A DNA stretch of 64,000 nucleotides from Nemertoderma westbladi. Lineage: Eukaryota > Animalia > Xenacoelomorpha. Made by a program: the position numbers and the translations under genes. Below are positions 10,301 through 22,970 of the stretch, one piece after another; positions within the stretch are counted from its first letter, which is position 1, and each line of letters opens with the position of its first letter. The notes under the pieces were generated by a model, which was not told the origin of the DNA, did not search any database, and saw only the letters and a list, made by a program, of their open reading frames with translations. The stretch covers positions 28,953 through 92,952 of the forward strand of contig JAUCBJ010006665.1 of the NCBI GenBank assembly GCA_032718475.1, written 5' to 3'.

Positions 10301-13300
10301 CGACTTCTAAATCAAGCAAGTGCCGACTTGTAAACCAAGTGAGTTCCGACTTGTAATCCACGTGAGTGCGGACTTCTAAATCAAGTGAGTGCCGACTTGT
10401 GAACCAAGTGAGTGCCGCCGACTTGTGAACCAAGTGATTGCCGACTTGTAAACCACGTGAGTGCCGACTTGTAAATCAAGTGAGTGCCGACTGGTGAACC
10501 AAGTGAGTGCCTACTTCTGAACCAACTGATTGCCGAATTGTAAACCACGTGAGTGCCGACTTCTAAATCAAGTGAGTGCCGACTTGTAAACCAAGTGAAT
10601 GCCGACTTGTAATCCACGTGAGTGTGAACTTCTAAATCAAGTGAGTGCCGACTTGTAAACAAAGTGAGTGCCGCCGACTTGTGAACCAAGTGATTGCCGA
10701 CTTGTAAACAACTTGAGTGCCGACTTATAAATCAAGTGAGTGCCGACTTGTGAACCATGTGATTGCCGACTTGTAGACCACGTCGTGAGTGCCGACTTCT
10801 AAATCAAGCAAGTGCCGACTTGTAAACCAAGTGAGTTCCGACTTGTAATCCACGTGAGTGCGGACTTCTAAATCAAGTGAGTGCCGACTTGTGAACCAAG
10901 TGAGTGCCGCCGACTTGTGAACCAAGTGATTGCCGACTTGTAAACCACGTGAGTGCCGACTTGTAAATCAAGTGAGTACCGACTGGTGAACCAAGTGAGT
11001 GCCTACTTCTGAACCAACTGATTGCCGAATTGTAAACCACGTGAGTGCCGACTTCTAAATCAAGTGAGTGCCGACTTGTAAACCAAGTGAATGCCGACTT
11101 GTAATCCACGTGAGTGTGAACTTCTAAATCAAGTGAGTGCCGACTTGTAAACAAAGTGAGTGCCGCCGACTTGTGAACCAAGTGATTGCCGACTTGTAAA
11201 CAACTTGAGTGCCGACTTATAAATCAAGTGAGTGCCGACTTGTGAACCATGTGATTGCCGACTTGTAGACCACGTCGTGAGTGCCGACTTCTAAATCAAG
11301 CAAGTGCCGACTTGTAAACCAAGTGAGTTCCGACTTGTAATCCACGTGAGTGTGGACTTCTAAATCAAGTGAGTGCCGACTTGTAAACCACGTGGGTGTG
11401 GACTTCCAAATCAAGTGAGTGCCGACTTGTAAACCAAGTGAGTGCCGACTTGTAAATAAAGTGAGTGCCAACTTGTAAACCAAGTTAGTGCCGACTTTTA
11501 AATCGAGTGAGTGCCGACTTGTGAACCAAGTGAGTTCCGATTTATGAACCAAGTGAGTGCCGACTTGTGAACCAAGTGAGTGCCGATTTGTAAACCACGT
11601 GAGTGCCGACTTCTAGATCAAGTGAGTGCCGACTTGTAAACCACGTGAGTGTGGACTTCTAAATCAAGTGAGTGCCGACTTGTAAACCGCGTGAGTGCCG
11701 ACTTCTAAATCAAGTGAGTGCCGACTTGTAAACCACGCGAGTGTGGATTTCTAAATCAAGTGAGTGCCAACTTGTAAACCGAGTGAGTGCCGACTTCTAA
11801 ATCAAGTGAGTGCCGACTTGTAAACCACGTGAGTGTGGACTTCTAAATCAAGTGAGTGCCGACTTGTAAACCACGTGAGTGTGGACTTCTAAATCAAGTG
11901 AGTGCCGACTTGTAAACCACGCGAGTGTGGACTTCTAAATCAAGTGAGTGCCAACTTGTAAACCGAGTGAGTGCCGACTTGTAAATAAAGTGAGTGCCGA
12001 CTTGTAAACCAAGTTAGTGCCGACTTTTAAATCGAGTGAGAGCCGACTTGTGAACCAAGTGATTGCCGACTTGTAAACCACGTGAGTACCGACTTCTAAA
12101 CCACGTGAGTGTGGACTTCGAAATCAAGTGAGTGCCGACTTGTAAACCACGCGAGTGTGGACTTCTAAATCAAGCGAGTGCCAACTTGTAAACCAAGTGA
12201 GTGCCGACTTTTAAATCAAGTAAGTGCCGACTTCTAAATCAAGTGAGTGCCGACTTGTAAACCAAGTGAGTACCGACTTGTAAACCAAGTGAGTGCCGAC
12301 TTGTAAACGAAGTGAGTGCCGACTTGTGAACCAAGTGAGTGCCGACTTGTAAACCACGTGAGTGTGGACTTCTAAATCAAGTGAATGCCGACTTGTAATC
12401 CGCGTGAGTGTGGACTTCTAAATCAAGTGAGTGCCGACTTGTAAACGACGCGAGTGTGGACTTCTAAATAAAATGAGTGCCAACTTGTAAACCGAGTGAG
12501 TGCCGACTTCTAAATCAAGTGAGTGTCGACTTCAACATCAAGTGAGTGCCGACTTTGAGTGCCGACTTGTAAATCAAGTGAGTGCCGACTTCCAAATCTA
12601 GTGAGTGCCGACTTGTAAATCAAGTGAGTGCCGACTTCCAAATCTAGTGAGTGCCGACTTGTAAACCAAGTGAGTACCGACTTGTAAACGAAGTGAGTGC
12701 CGACTTGTAAACGAAGTCCGACTTGTGAACCAAGTGAGTGCCGACTTGTAAACGAAGTGAGTGCCGACTTGTGAACCAAGTGAATGCCGACTTGTAAACC
12801 ACGTAAGTACCGAATTCTAAATCAAGTGAGTGCCGTATTGTAAACCAAGTGAGTGCCGACTTGTAAATCAAGTGAGTGCCGACTTCCAAATCAAGTGAGT
12901 GCCGACTTGTAACCCAAGTGAGTACCGACTTGTAAACGAAGTGAGTGCCGACTTGTAAACGAAGTGAGTGCCGACTTGTGAACCAAGTGAGTGCCGACTT
13001 GTAAACGAAGTGAGTGCCGACTTGTGAACCAAGTGATTGCCGACTTGTAAACCACGTGAGTACCGAATTCTAAATCAAGTGAGTGCCGTATTGTAAACCA
13101 AGTGAGTGCCGACTTGTAAACGAAGTGAGTGCCGACTTGTGAACCAAGTGAGTGCCGACTTGTGAGCGAAGTGAGTGCCGACTTGTGAACCAAGTGATTG
13201 CCAACTTGTAAACCACGTGAGTGCCGACTTGTAAACGAAGTGAGTGCCGACTTGTGAACCAAGTGAGTGCCGACTTGTAAGCGAAGTGAGTGCCGACTTG

Positions 13301-16300
13301 TGAACCAAGTGATTGCCAACTTGTAAACCACGTGAGTGCCGACTTGTAAACGAAGTGAGTGCCGACTTGTGAACCAAGTGAGTGCCGACTTGTAAACGAA
13401 GTGAGTGGCGACTTGTGAACCAAGTGAGTGCCGACTTGTAAGCGAAGTGAGTGCCGACTTGTGAACCAAGTGATTGCCGACTTGTAAGCGAAGTGAGTGC
13501 AGACTTGTGAACCAAGTGATTGCCAACTTGTAAACCACGTGAGTGCCGACTTGTAAGCGAAGTGAGTGTCGACTTGTGAACCAAGTGATTGCCGACTTGT
13601 AAACCACGTGAGTGCCGACTTGTAAGCGAAGTGAGTGCCGACTTGTGAACCAAGTGATTGCCAACTTGTAAACCACGTGAGTGCCGACTTGTAAACGAAG
13701 TGAGTGCCGACTTGTGAACCAAGTGAGTGCCGACTTGTAAGCGATGTGAGTGCCGACTTGTGAACCAAGTGATTGCCGACTTGTAAGCGAAGTGAGTGCG
13801 ACTTGTGAACCAAGTGATTGCCAACTTGTAAACCACGTGAGTGCCGACTTGTAAGCGAAGTGAGTGCCGACTTGTGAACCAAGTGAGTGCCGACCTGAAA
13901 GCGATGTGAGTGCCGACTTGTGAACCAAGTGATTGTCGACTTGTAAGCGAAGTGAGTGCGACTTGTGAACCAAGTGATTGCTAACTTGTAAACCACGTGA
14001 GTGCCGACTTGTAAGCGAAGTGAGTGCCGACTTGTGAACCAAGTGATTGCCAACTTGTAAACTACGTGAGTGCCGACTTCTAAATCAATTGAGTGCCAAC
14101 TTGTAAACCAAGTGAGTACCGACTTGTAAACCAAGTGAGTGCCGAATTGTAAACGAAGTGAGTGCCGACTTGTGAACCAAGTGAGTGCCGACTTGTAAGC
14201 GAAGTGAGTGCCGACTTGTGAACCAAGTGAGTGCCGACTTATAAGCGAAGTGAGTGCCGACTTGTGAATCAAGTGAGTGCCGACTTGTAAGCGAAGTGAG
14301 TGCCGACTTGTGAACCAAGTAATTGCCAACTTGTAAACCACGTGAGTGCCGACTTCTAAATTAAGTGACTGCCGGGTTGTGAACCAAGTGAGTGCCGACT
14401 TGTAAGCGAAGTGAGTGCCGACTTGTGAACCAAGTGATTGCCAACTTGTAAACCACGTGAGTGCCGACTTCTAAATTAAGTGAGTGCCGGGTTATGAACC
14501 AAGTGAGTGCCGACTTGTAAGCGAAGTGAGTGGCGACTTGTGAATCAAGTGAGTGCCGACTTGTAAGCGAAGTGAGTACCGACTTGTGAACCAAGTGATT
14601 GCCAACTTGTAAACCACGTGGGTGCCGACTTCTAAATTAAGTGAGTGCCGGGTTGTGAACCAAGTGAGTGCCGACTTGTAAGCGAAGTGAGTGCCGACTT
14701 GTGAACCAAGTGATTGCCAACTTGTAAACCACGTGAGTGCCGACTTCTAAATTAAGTGAGTGCCGGGTTGTGAACCAAGTGAGTGCCGACTTGTAAACGA
14801 AGTGAGTGCCGACTTGTGAACCAAGTGATTGCCGACTTGTAAACCAGGTGAGTGCCGACTTGTAAACGAAGTGAGTGCCGACTTGTGAACCAAGTGAGTG
14901 CCGACTTGTAAGCGATGTGAGTGCCGACTTGTGAACCAAGTGATTGCCGACTTGTAAGCGAAGTGAGTGCGACTTGTGAACCAAGTGATTGCCAACTTGT
15001 AAACCACGTGAGTGCCGACTTGTAAGCGAAGTGAGTGCCGACTTGTGAACCAAGTGAGTGCCGACCTGAAAGCGATGTGAGTGCCGACTTGTGAACCAAG
15101 TGATTGCCGACTTGTAAGCGAAGTGAGTGCGACTTGTGAACCAAGTGATTGCCAACTTGTAAACCACGTGAGTGCCGACTTGTAAGCGAAGTGAGTGCCG
15201 ACTTGTGAACCAAGTGATTGCCAACTTGTAAACTACGTGAGTGCCGACTTCTAAATCAATTGAGTGCCAACTTGTAAACCAAGTGAGTACCGACTTGTAA
15301 ACCAAGTGAGTGCCGAATTGTAAACGAAGTGAGTGCCGACTTGTGAACCAAGTGAGTGCCGACTTGTAAGCGAAGTGAGTGCCGACTTGTGAACCAAGTG
15401 AGTGCCGACTTGTAAGCGAAGTGAGTGCCGACTTGTGAATCAAGTTAGTGCCGACTTGTAAGCGAAGTGAGTGCCGACTTGTGAACCAAGTAATTGCCAA
15501 CTTGTAAACCACGTGAGTGCCGACTTCTAAATTAAGTGACTGCCGGGTTGTGAACCAAGTGAGTGCCGACTTGTAAGCGAAGTGAGTGCCGACTTGTGAA
15601 CCAAGTGATTGCCAACTTGTAAACCACGTGAGTGCCGACTTCTAAATTAAGTGAGTGCCGGGTTATGAACCAAGTGAGTGCCGACTTGTAAGCGAAGTGA
15701 GTGCCGACTTGTGAATCAAGTGAGTGCCGACTTGTAAGCGAAGTGAGTGTCGACTTGTGAACCAAGTGATTGCCAACTTGTAAATCACGTGAGTGCCGAC
15801 TTCTAAATTAAGTGAGTGCCGGGTTGTGAACCAAGTGAGTGCCGACTTGTAAGCGAAGTGAGTGCCGACTTGTGAACCAAGTGATTGCCAACTTGTAATC
15901 CACGTGAGTGCCGACTTCTAAATTAAGTGAGTGCCGGGTTGTGAACCAAGTGAGTGCCGACTTGTAAACGAAGTGAGTGCCAACTTGTGAATCAAGTGAG
16001 TCCCGACTTGTAAGCGAAGTGAGTGCCGACTTGTGAACCAAGTGATTGCCAACTTGTAAACCAGGTGAGTGCCGACTTGTAAACGAAGTGAGTGCCGACT
16101 TGTGAACCAAGTGAGTGCCGACTTGTAAGCGATGTGAGTGCCGACTTGTGAACCAAGTGATTGCCGACTTGTAAGCGAAGTGAGTGCGACTTGTGAACCA
16201 AGTGATTGCCAACTTGTAAACCACGTGAGTGCCGACTTGTAAGCGAAGTGAGTGCCGACTTGTGAACCAAGTGAGTGCCGACCTGAAAGCGATGTGAGTG

Positions 16301-17384
16301 CCGACTTGTGAACCAAGTGATTGCCGACTTGTAAGCGAAGTGAGTGCGACTTGTGAACCAAGTGATTGCCAACTTGTAAACCACGTGAGTGCCGACTTGT
16401 AAGCGAAGTGAGTGCCGACTTGTGAACCAAGTGATTGCCAACTTGTAAACTACGTGAGTGCCGACTTCTAAATCAATTGAGTGCCAACTTGTAAACCAAG
16501 TGAGTACCGACTTGTAAACCAAGTGAGTGCCGAATTGTAAACGAAGTGAGTGCCGACTTGTGAACCAAGTGAGTGCCGACTTGTAAGCGAAGTGAGTGCC
16601 GACTTGTGAACCAAGTGAGTGCCGACTTGTAAGCGAAGTGAGTGCCGACTTGTGAATCAAGTTAGTGCCGACTTGTAAGCGAAGTGAGTGCCGACTTGTG
16701 AACCAAGTAATTGCCAACTTGTAAACCACGTGAGTGCCGACTTCTAAATTAAGTGACTGCCGGGTTGTGAACCAAGTGAGTGCCGACTTGTAAGCGAAGT
16801 GAGTGCCGACTTGTGAACCAAGTGATTGCCAACTTGTAAACCACGTGAGTGCCGACTTCTAAATTAAGTGAGTGCCGGGTTATGAACCAAGTGAGTGCCG
16901 ACTTGTAAGCGAAGTGAGTGCCGACTTGTGAATCAAGTGAGTGCCGACTTGTAAGCGAAGTGAGTGCCGACTTGTGAACCAAGTGATTGCCAACTTGTAA
17001 ATCACGTGAGTGCCGACTTCTAAATTAAGTGAGTGCCGGGTTGTGAACCAAGTGAGTGCCGACTTGTAAGCGAAGTGAGTGCCGACTTGTGAACCAAGTG
17101 ATTGCCAACTTGTAATCCACGTGAGTGCCGACTTCTAAATTAAGTGAGTGCCGGGTTGTGAACCAAGTGAGTGCCGACTTGTAAACGAAGTGAGTGCCAA
17201 CTTGTGAATCAAGTGAGTCCCGACTTGTAAGCGAAGTGAGTGCCGACTTGTGAACCAAGTGATTGCCAACTTGTAAACTACGTGAGTGCCGACTTCTAAA
17301 TTAAGTGAGTGCCGGGTTGTGAACCAAGTGAGTGCCGACTTGTAAACGAAGTGAGTGCCAACTTGTAAACCAAGTGAGTGCCGA
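7309..17384. repeat. 23-bp satellite, ~10 kb (~440 monomers), with higher-order repeats
   Basis: Monomer gtgagtgccgacttgtaaaccaa and variants. Identical ORFs recur at 492-bp and 2475-bp spacing, near-identical ones at 1171/1217 bp. Ends about 32 bp from the exon 6 donor. Confidence 0.98.
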
Positions 17385-17416
17385 TTAAAATAAATAAATG
17401 TGTGGTCGACTCTTAC

Positions 17417-17604
17417 CAGCTCGTACAGGCCGGAATCTTGGAGACGCGAAACGCTCCATCATAGAGACAGTGACTGCACATGAGCCGAGGATGAAGATGA
17501 GCACGAGATAGGCGGTACGAGCCGCCTTGGCGCAGTAGAACCCGTAATAGAGCCAGGGTATAAACGAACCAACAATAAGCACTGCAATGCCCGTGTAATC
17601 CAAT
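17417..17604 (-). CDS. ADIPOR: Adiponectin receptor exon 6
   Basis: LDYTGIAVLIVGSFIPWLYYGFYC...FRPVRA. Acceptor ttacag at 17605-17610, donor gtaag at 17412-17416. Confidence 0.95.
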
Positions 17605-17815
17605 CTGTAAGCAAAACGTAGAACGAAAAATTCGGTTATAGATTTACTTTCATTTTATGTTTGTATACTTTAATTTTCCGAAATTAATTAATACAAAAAT
17701 ATATTTAGTTAAAATTAAAATAAAGTAGAAATAAAGAAGATAATTATACTAGTATCGGTTATATTAGTGTATTCTACTACGTAGTTAAAGATTTATAGAT
17801 TTATTACAGACTTAC

Positions 17816-17996
17816 TTGCAGAAGAGTTTGGAGACCTGCCGACTGTGACAGTAAACTGTGTGGAACAGCCAACTAAAACCCAGACAGATGATGGCAGATA
17901 TAAAGAAAGCAATGAACACGACACTGTCCTGCCATTTAAACGTGTCCGGAGCACCAAATATAAAGTAAATCGTTGTGCAGATCATAAAGAGAAAAC
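17816..17996 (-). CDS. ADIPOR: Adiponectin receptor exon 5
   Basis: FLFMICTTIYFIFGAPDTFKWQDSVVFIAFFISAIICLGFSWLFHTVYCHSRQVSKLFCK (SxxxH motif). Bounded by ag and gtaagt. Not in the ORF track. Confidence 0.95.
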
Positions 17997-18555
17997 CTAT
18001 AAAACAAATATAGATAACTGATTATAGGACATTTTGATGAATAACTTAAACATTTCCATACAACTTTTATATATATAACTAATCAATGTAATCAATATAC
18101 AGTATAAGGACTAGGAGGTGTATAAGGAGGTGAAAAATTAAGTTTCTCAAAATGCAACGTGATAATATATTCTGAAAGTTCAGATTTGTAGAATTCAGCG
18201 CACACCGCATGGTCTCTTTTTTTTCATATTTTGGCCATTTTTCTGTATATTGCGCCTTAAAATGTTTTTTGCTGTCTATTATTACTTTAATACTCCTCAG
18301 TACTATTCCCTCAGTACTAGAAACCACTTGTACTTTGAATAAGCCATTAGACGTCCAAGCTAAAGCTAGGGGGTCGATGTCGGGGGGGGGGGGGGGGGGG
18401 GGGGGGTGTATTGTTTCAAAAATAAGACGTTTGACGACTTTACAGAAAGAATTCATCATCACGTTGAGATTTTAAGGATGCTAAACAAATTTAAATAGTA
18501 TTTAACAGATTGACACACTGATGAGCCCCAGTCTGTGGGCCCCCAGTAAACTTAC

Positions 18556-18889
18556 CGAGAAGATGAGTCCAAATGTTACCGGTTTCCGTATGTAACCGGA
18601 ATATCGAGCCGAAACACTTCCGGAATGACGGCATCGGAGGCCGGTGATGGTGCCATAGATAGTCGTTATCTCTCAGCCAATCAGGAAGCGCGTCGAACGC
18701 AATCAGCCGCCATTCCTTGGCCTTCTCCGTGGCTTTGTGACACGCCTCCCTCGCCCTATCCTGTGCATGCGTACAGACGTCCCTCGCTTTGTCTTTACTG
18801 CGGGAGATCATATCTCTTGCTAAACCCAACGGTGTGTGTTCTCCCTCGATAACCGAAACAGACGGGGACCCATTGAATAGTTGACAACT
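18556..18889 (-). CDS. ADIPOR: Adiponectin receptor exon 4
   Basis: SCQLFNG...LPDWLRDNDYLWHHHRPPMPSFRKCFGSIFRLHTETGNIWTHLLG. Strong poly-T acceptor at 18890-18902, donor gtaag at 18551-18555. Confidence 0.93.
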
Positions 18890-19211
18890 CTATAAAAAAA
18901 AAGAATATGTACCTCAAAGAACAGTTAAAAAAACAATAGAATATAATGTTAAATTGTACATGCATATTGAATGTCTGAGAAATCAAAAACAGCAGCCCCA
19001 AATGCAAATCAAATCTATAGTTATTGCCACAAAATGAGACGCTATATTTTTGGGCCTACTGGCATATAAGTAACATATGTTTTGTTTATTTGCCAAATTT
19101 CCCTGTCATCACACCCATAATTCAACCGGTTTGTAATTTCTACTCGAATTTTACGTATCTTATGGTCAGTCTCTTGAAACTGACGCCCGTAATTCTAAGA
19201 AATTAACTTAC

Positions 19212-19346
19212 TTCAGTATAACGACAGAAGCAGTGACCGCACCGGCAGTCTACCGGTAGTAATGGAGACAGTTCGTCGTACAATATAAACTCGTCGTGCT
19301 CGTCGCCCTCACAGGAGCAACTGCAGTCGCAGTACTCACTGCTGTC
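19212..19346 (-). CDS. ADIPOR: Probable AdipoR N-terminal exon 3, Cys/acidic-rich cassette (or alternative first exon from ATG at 19355)
   Basis: 135 nt, phase 0-0, DSSEYCDCSCSCEGDEHDEFILYDELSPLLPVDCRCGHCFCRYTE. Perfect donor gtaagt, weak acceptor, in-frame ATG 9 nt upstream. Confidence 0.6.
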
Positions 19347-19649
19347 CTGGTCCATACCCACCCGTGCAAAAAGGGGAAACACAGAGGAAACACCGAAGTA
19401 TTAGCGCAAATGCGCTAATACTTGCTGTCTATTGGCCCATCCGATGGTACGATATAACTTGGCACACGTAGTGAAAACGATAGGGTGGGGTGGGGGGGTT
19501 ACTATACGCGGTTGGAGTTACACACTTAGATTGAATGGGAATATCTGGCATACAACTGAACATCATTCATACTGTAAACATCGCTAGTAAATCGTACTAC
19601 TGCTACTACCACACTGTCGGCAATAGACTTAGCATTATATTATATCACA

Positions 19650-20110
19650 TATTAAGAATGCTATGCCGGCTTATCGGCAAAGTTGCGACTCCACAACTCC
19701 CTACCCCTACCCCCATGACTTTCGTTAGAGTATCAGCCCCTTCAAGAGCAGTGACCTTTACGAGGCGTTTCAACAAGTCAGGAGGGGCTGTCCCTCCACC
19801 ATGCTTATTCACTTCATGAGGAGCCATACAATGATCTGACCTGGCGGCAAAGGCAATGTCTTTCAAAGCGGAAGCGGCTCCGTTCAAGTATAAAGGGTTT
19901 CCTCCCTTCCCCACTTACGTATCCTAAGGCATCCTTCACCTGGATTCCGAATCCATAATCCCAAGTAGCAGAAGTTATCCACCTGCTCAAACATGGCATC
20001 CTTTGAGCTTAAGCTCATACGATCAGACATTTCCTGGAGACTCTCAAAGTTACATGTCAAAAATGTTGTGTTTTTTGGAGTTAACAAAAATTCCAACACC
20101 AGACGCTGTC
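19650..20110 (-). mobile_element. Degenerate LINE RT fragment with a dispersed 3' segment
   Basis: EQVDNFCYLG is an RT-thumb-like motif. Segment 19650-19790 is similar to 42847-42970 and 62591-62615 (attaagaatgc..gccgg). Confidence 0.5.
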
Positions 20111-20231
20111 TGACCCAATAGTAGTGATTTTGTCACAGTACTTCTAAGTTATCATCAAAGTCTATACCAGTTTTCATCGACTTTGATCATAGGCCTTGAA
20201 GAAGTCAAGAAATATAACATGTACAGTTGTA

Positions 20232-21659
20232 GGCGGTGCGTTTTTTACTTTTTATTAGATTTCATTGTTCTACCGGTGCGCAAAAGTTGCCAAATGGTAA
20301 AAAAAAATGAGGCAAAAAAATTTCTCTAAATTTCATCAATATCTTGACGTACCCCAAGGGGGTAGAAATTTTGAGCCTTCGCGATGCACCACAATGAAAC
20401 TTATAACAATATAACAATAACACATTGATGAAATATCAATGACTCAAGAAAGAACTTCCTACATGCATCAAATGTCATCAAATGGGTCCAAACTAAGTTA
20501 GATACCAAAATTCTAATTTTGGGATTAAGGGAACTAGTGCAACAGGGTGCAACCCTTTGGCGCAAGTGACCCTTATTCTCAATTTTCGCGATGGTCATCT
20601 TTTAGTTCTCCTACGGCATTAATATTATGCTCATTAGAACCGAAATGACCGATTTAGTGGGGGTAGACACCATCAAAACAAGCGTAGAGCGAATAGTTCT
20701 TGAGATTCGCAGAAAAGGGAAGTCCGGCACAAGTCTACATTACCGCCATGATGCGATATGGACAAATTCACTAAAAATGATACTTTGAATTATCTCAAGG
20801 CATCAAAAATAACACATCAATGCAACGAATTGATTTAGTGTATACAGACACCTTCGGAATGAAAGAGTAGTTAGTTCTCTTAGTTCTCTATAGTTCTATG
20901 ATTAGTTCTCTATAGTTTTTATACAAAATGTCTGTCTCTCTACAAAATGTCTCAATTTAAAGCATCAATTGGTGGACATACTCTTGACATTTTGTCACAA
21001 GAACACAAGAACTAATGACTCTACTCTTATTTTGAAGGTGTCTACACCCACTACATCGATCATTTCTGTGATGTGTCTATTCTTGGTTCCTTGAGATAAT
21101 TCAAAATAAATTTTTTTGAGGATTTGTCCATATCGCATCAAGGCGGTAATGTAGACTTGTGCCGGACTTCACATTTTCTGCGATATTTCAAGAACTATTC
21201 GCTCTACGCTTGTTTTGAAGTTGTCTACCCCCACTAAATCGGCCATTGCGGTTCTAATGAGCATAATATTAATGCAGTAGGAGAACTAAAAGTTGTCAAT
21301 CGTAAGAATTGAGAATAAGAGTCACTTGCGCCCAAGGGCAGGTTGTAGCCATGTGCCTGTGGCACTAGTTCCCTTAATCCAAAAATTAAAATTTTGGTAT
21401 CTAACTAAGTTTGGACCCATTTGATGACATTTGATGCATGCAGGAAGTTCTTTCTTGGGTCATTGATCTTTAATCCATGCGTTATATTGTTATAACATTC
21501 ATTGTGGTACATCGCGAAGACTCAAAATTTCAACCCCGTTGGGATCCGTGAAGATATAGACGAAATTTATATAATTGTTATTACCTTAATTTTTTACAAT
21601 TTGGCAACTTTTGTGCACCGGTAAAAAATGAAATCGAAAAAAGTAAAAAACGCACCGCC
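20232..21659. mobile_element. 1.4-kb foldback/palindromic non-autonomous DNA transposon
   Basis: Arms of ~650 bp are reverse complements: ggcggtgcgttttttactt...aagtaaaaaacgcaccgcc, and the internal catgcatcaaatgtcatcaaatgggtccaaac is mirrored at about 21409-21441. Confidence 0.85.
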
Positions 21660-21979
21660 CGAAGTACAGCCCAATGTCTGTTTTTCTTTTTTCATACTTC
21701 TTCGACAACTCTTCTAAGCCCCAAAACGGAACAGTGGATCATCCCACAAGGATCATTTGTAAATCACATTATTAGTAAATCGTGCGCGACGCACGGTAAT
21801 ATGTCACAGTCGCGAAAAATATATAGAAAAAAAAAAAGAAATACTAACCTATTTGCCAATGATAATAATTACGAAATAGTTAAACTTGTAAAAAACAGTC
21901 AGGTAGCAAATGCGAATACGAAGAGGTACTAAATGTTATAATAAACAGCTGCGAATGATACATGTACACTGCTGGAACT

Positions 21980-22970
21980 AACATACTACAATGCTCCTAC
22001 AGACACGAAGTGGGGCCTTCGCGCAGCACGTGAAATGAGTTAATGCTAAGTATCAACTCGAAAGGATTATAAAAACATAGGAGAAGATTTTCCCGGAAAA
22101 CGTTAACCCTCTAGCGGGAGACTGGGTAACTGAAGAAGGAAGGATTAGTTTCCCTACAAAGCCACAGCCTATGGTCTATTACATATCTACCAAGTTTCCG
22201 ATTGACGGATCATAAATAACGAAATGTTGGAAGGTTTTCACTTTCATACATTTAGCCCTCTAGCGGCATATTAAAGAACTATGGATCGATCACCTTCCTC
22301 ACAAAGACGAGGCATGTGGTCTAGTACATACCGGTACTGTATATTCCAAAATTCAGCTTAAATAGATTAAGATCAAGGAATTTGCGAAGGTTATCACTTT
22401 CCTACATTTCGCCCTCTAGCGGCAGACTCGAAAACTCCGGACCGATTACTGTCCACACAAAGACTTAGGATGTCTTCTAGTACATATATGACAAGTTTCA
22501 GCGTAATCAGATCATAAACAACTAAATGGAAGAATAATTTCACATTCGGGACATTTCGCCCTCTAGCGGCAGACTGGAGAACTGCAGACAGATTAGCCTC
22601 CTTTGAAATTTACAGCTAATGGTCTAGTACATACTTCCCAAGTTTCAGCTTAAACGGATTAAAAGCAAAGAAATGGGTGGCCATTTAATGTTTAGACATG
22701 TGGCCCTCTAGCGGGAGACCATTGCACTGATGGTGTCTGAAAGTCTCTCAAAAATCTCAACTTTTGCTCATATTGATACCTACAAATTTTCAACTTGGCA
22801 GCTTTAAATCCGACAAAGTTATTAGCATGTCAAAATCGTAACGACGACGACAACGACGACGACGACGACGACAACGACGACGACGACGACGACAACTATT
22901 TGCATAAATTGACCCACCCCCTAACAGTGTCAATTCGCTAAGGCTCCGCCAACTTCGTGGCTCGCCCCAC
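21980..22970 (-). mobile_element. Helentron/HINE-like element with (GAC)n microsatellite and ~150-bp central tandem repeats
   Basis: Family terminus tgtggggcgagccacgaag on minus at about 22952-22971. (GAC)n at 22841-22895. Five repeats marked by ccctctagcgg at 22107, 22256, 22412, 22559 and 22704. Left boundary approximate. Confidence 0.65.

Noticed and set aside
12891-16729. Long minus-strand ORFs (up to 423 aa) in all three frames
   Set aside because: These arise from a stop-free 23-bp monomer cycling through frames, and they lie inside an AdipoR intron. There is no evidence of a real gene.
5113-17384. CRISPR-like appearance of regular repeats
   Set aside because: No unique spacers, no cas genes, and a spliceosomal eukaryotic context.
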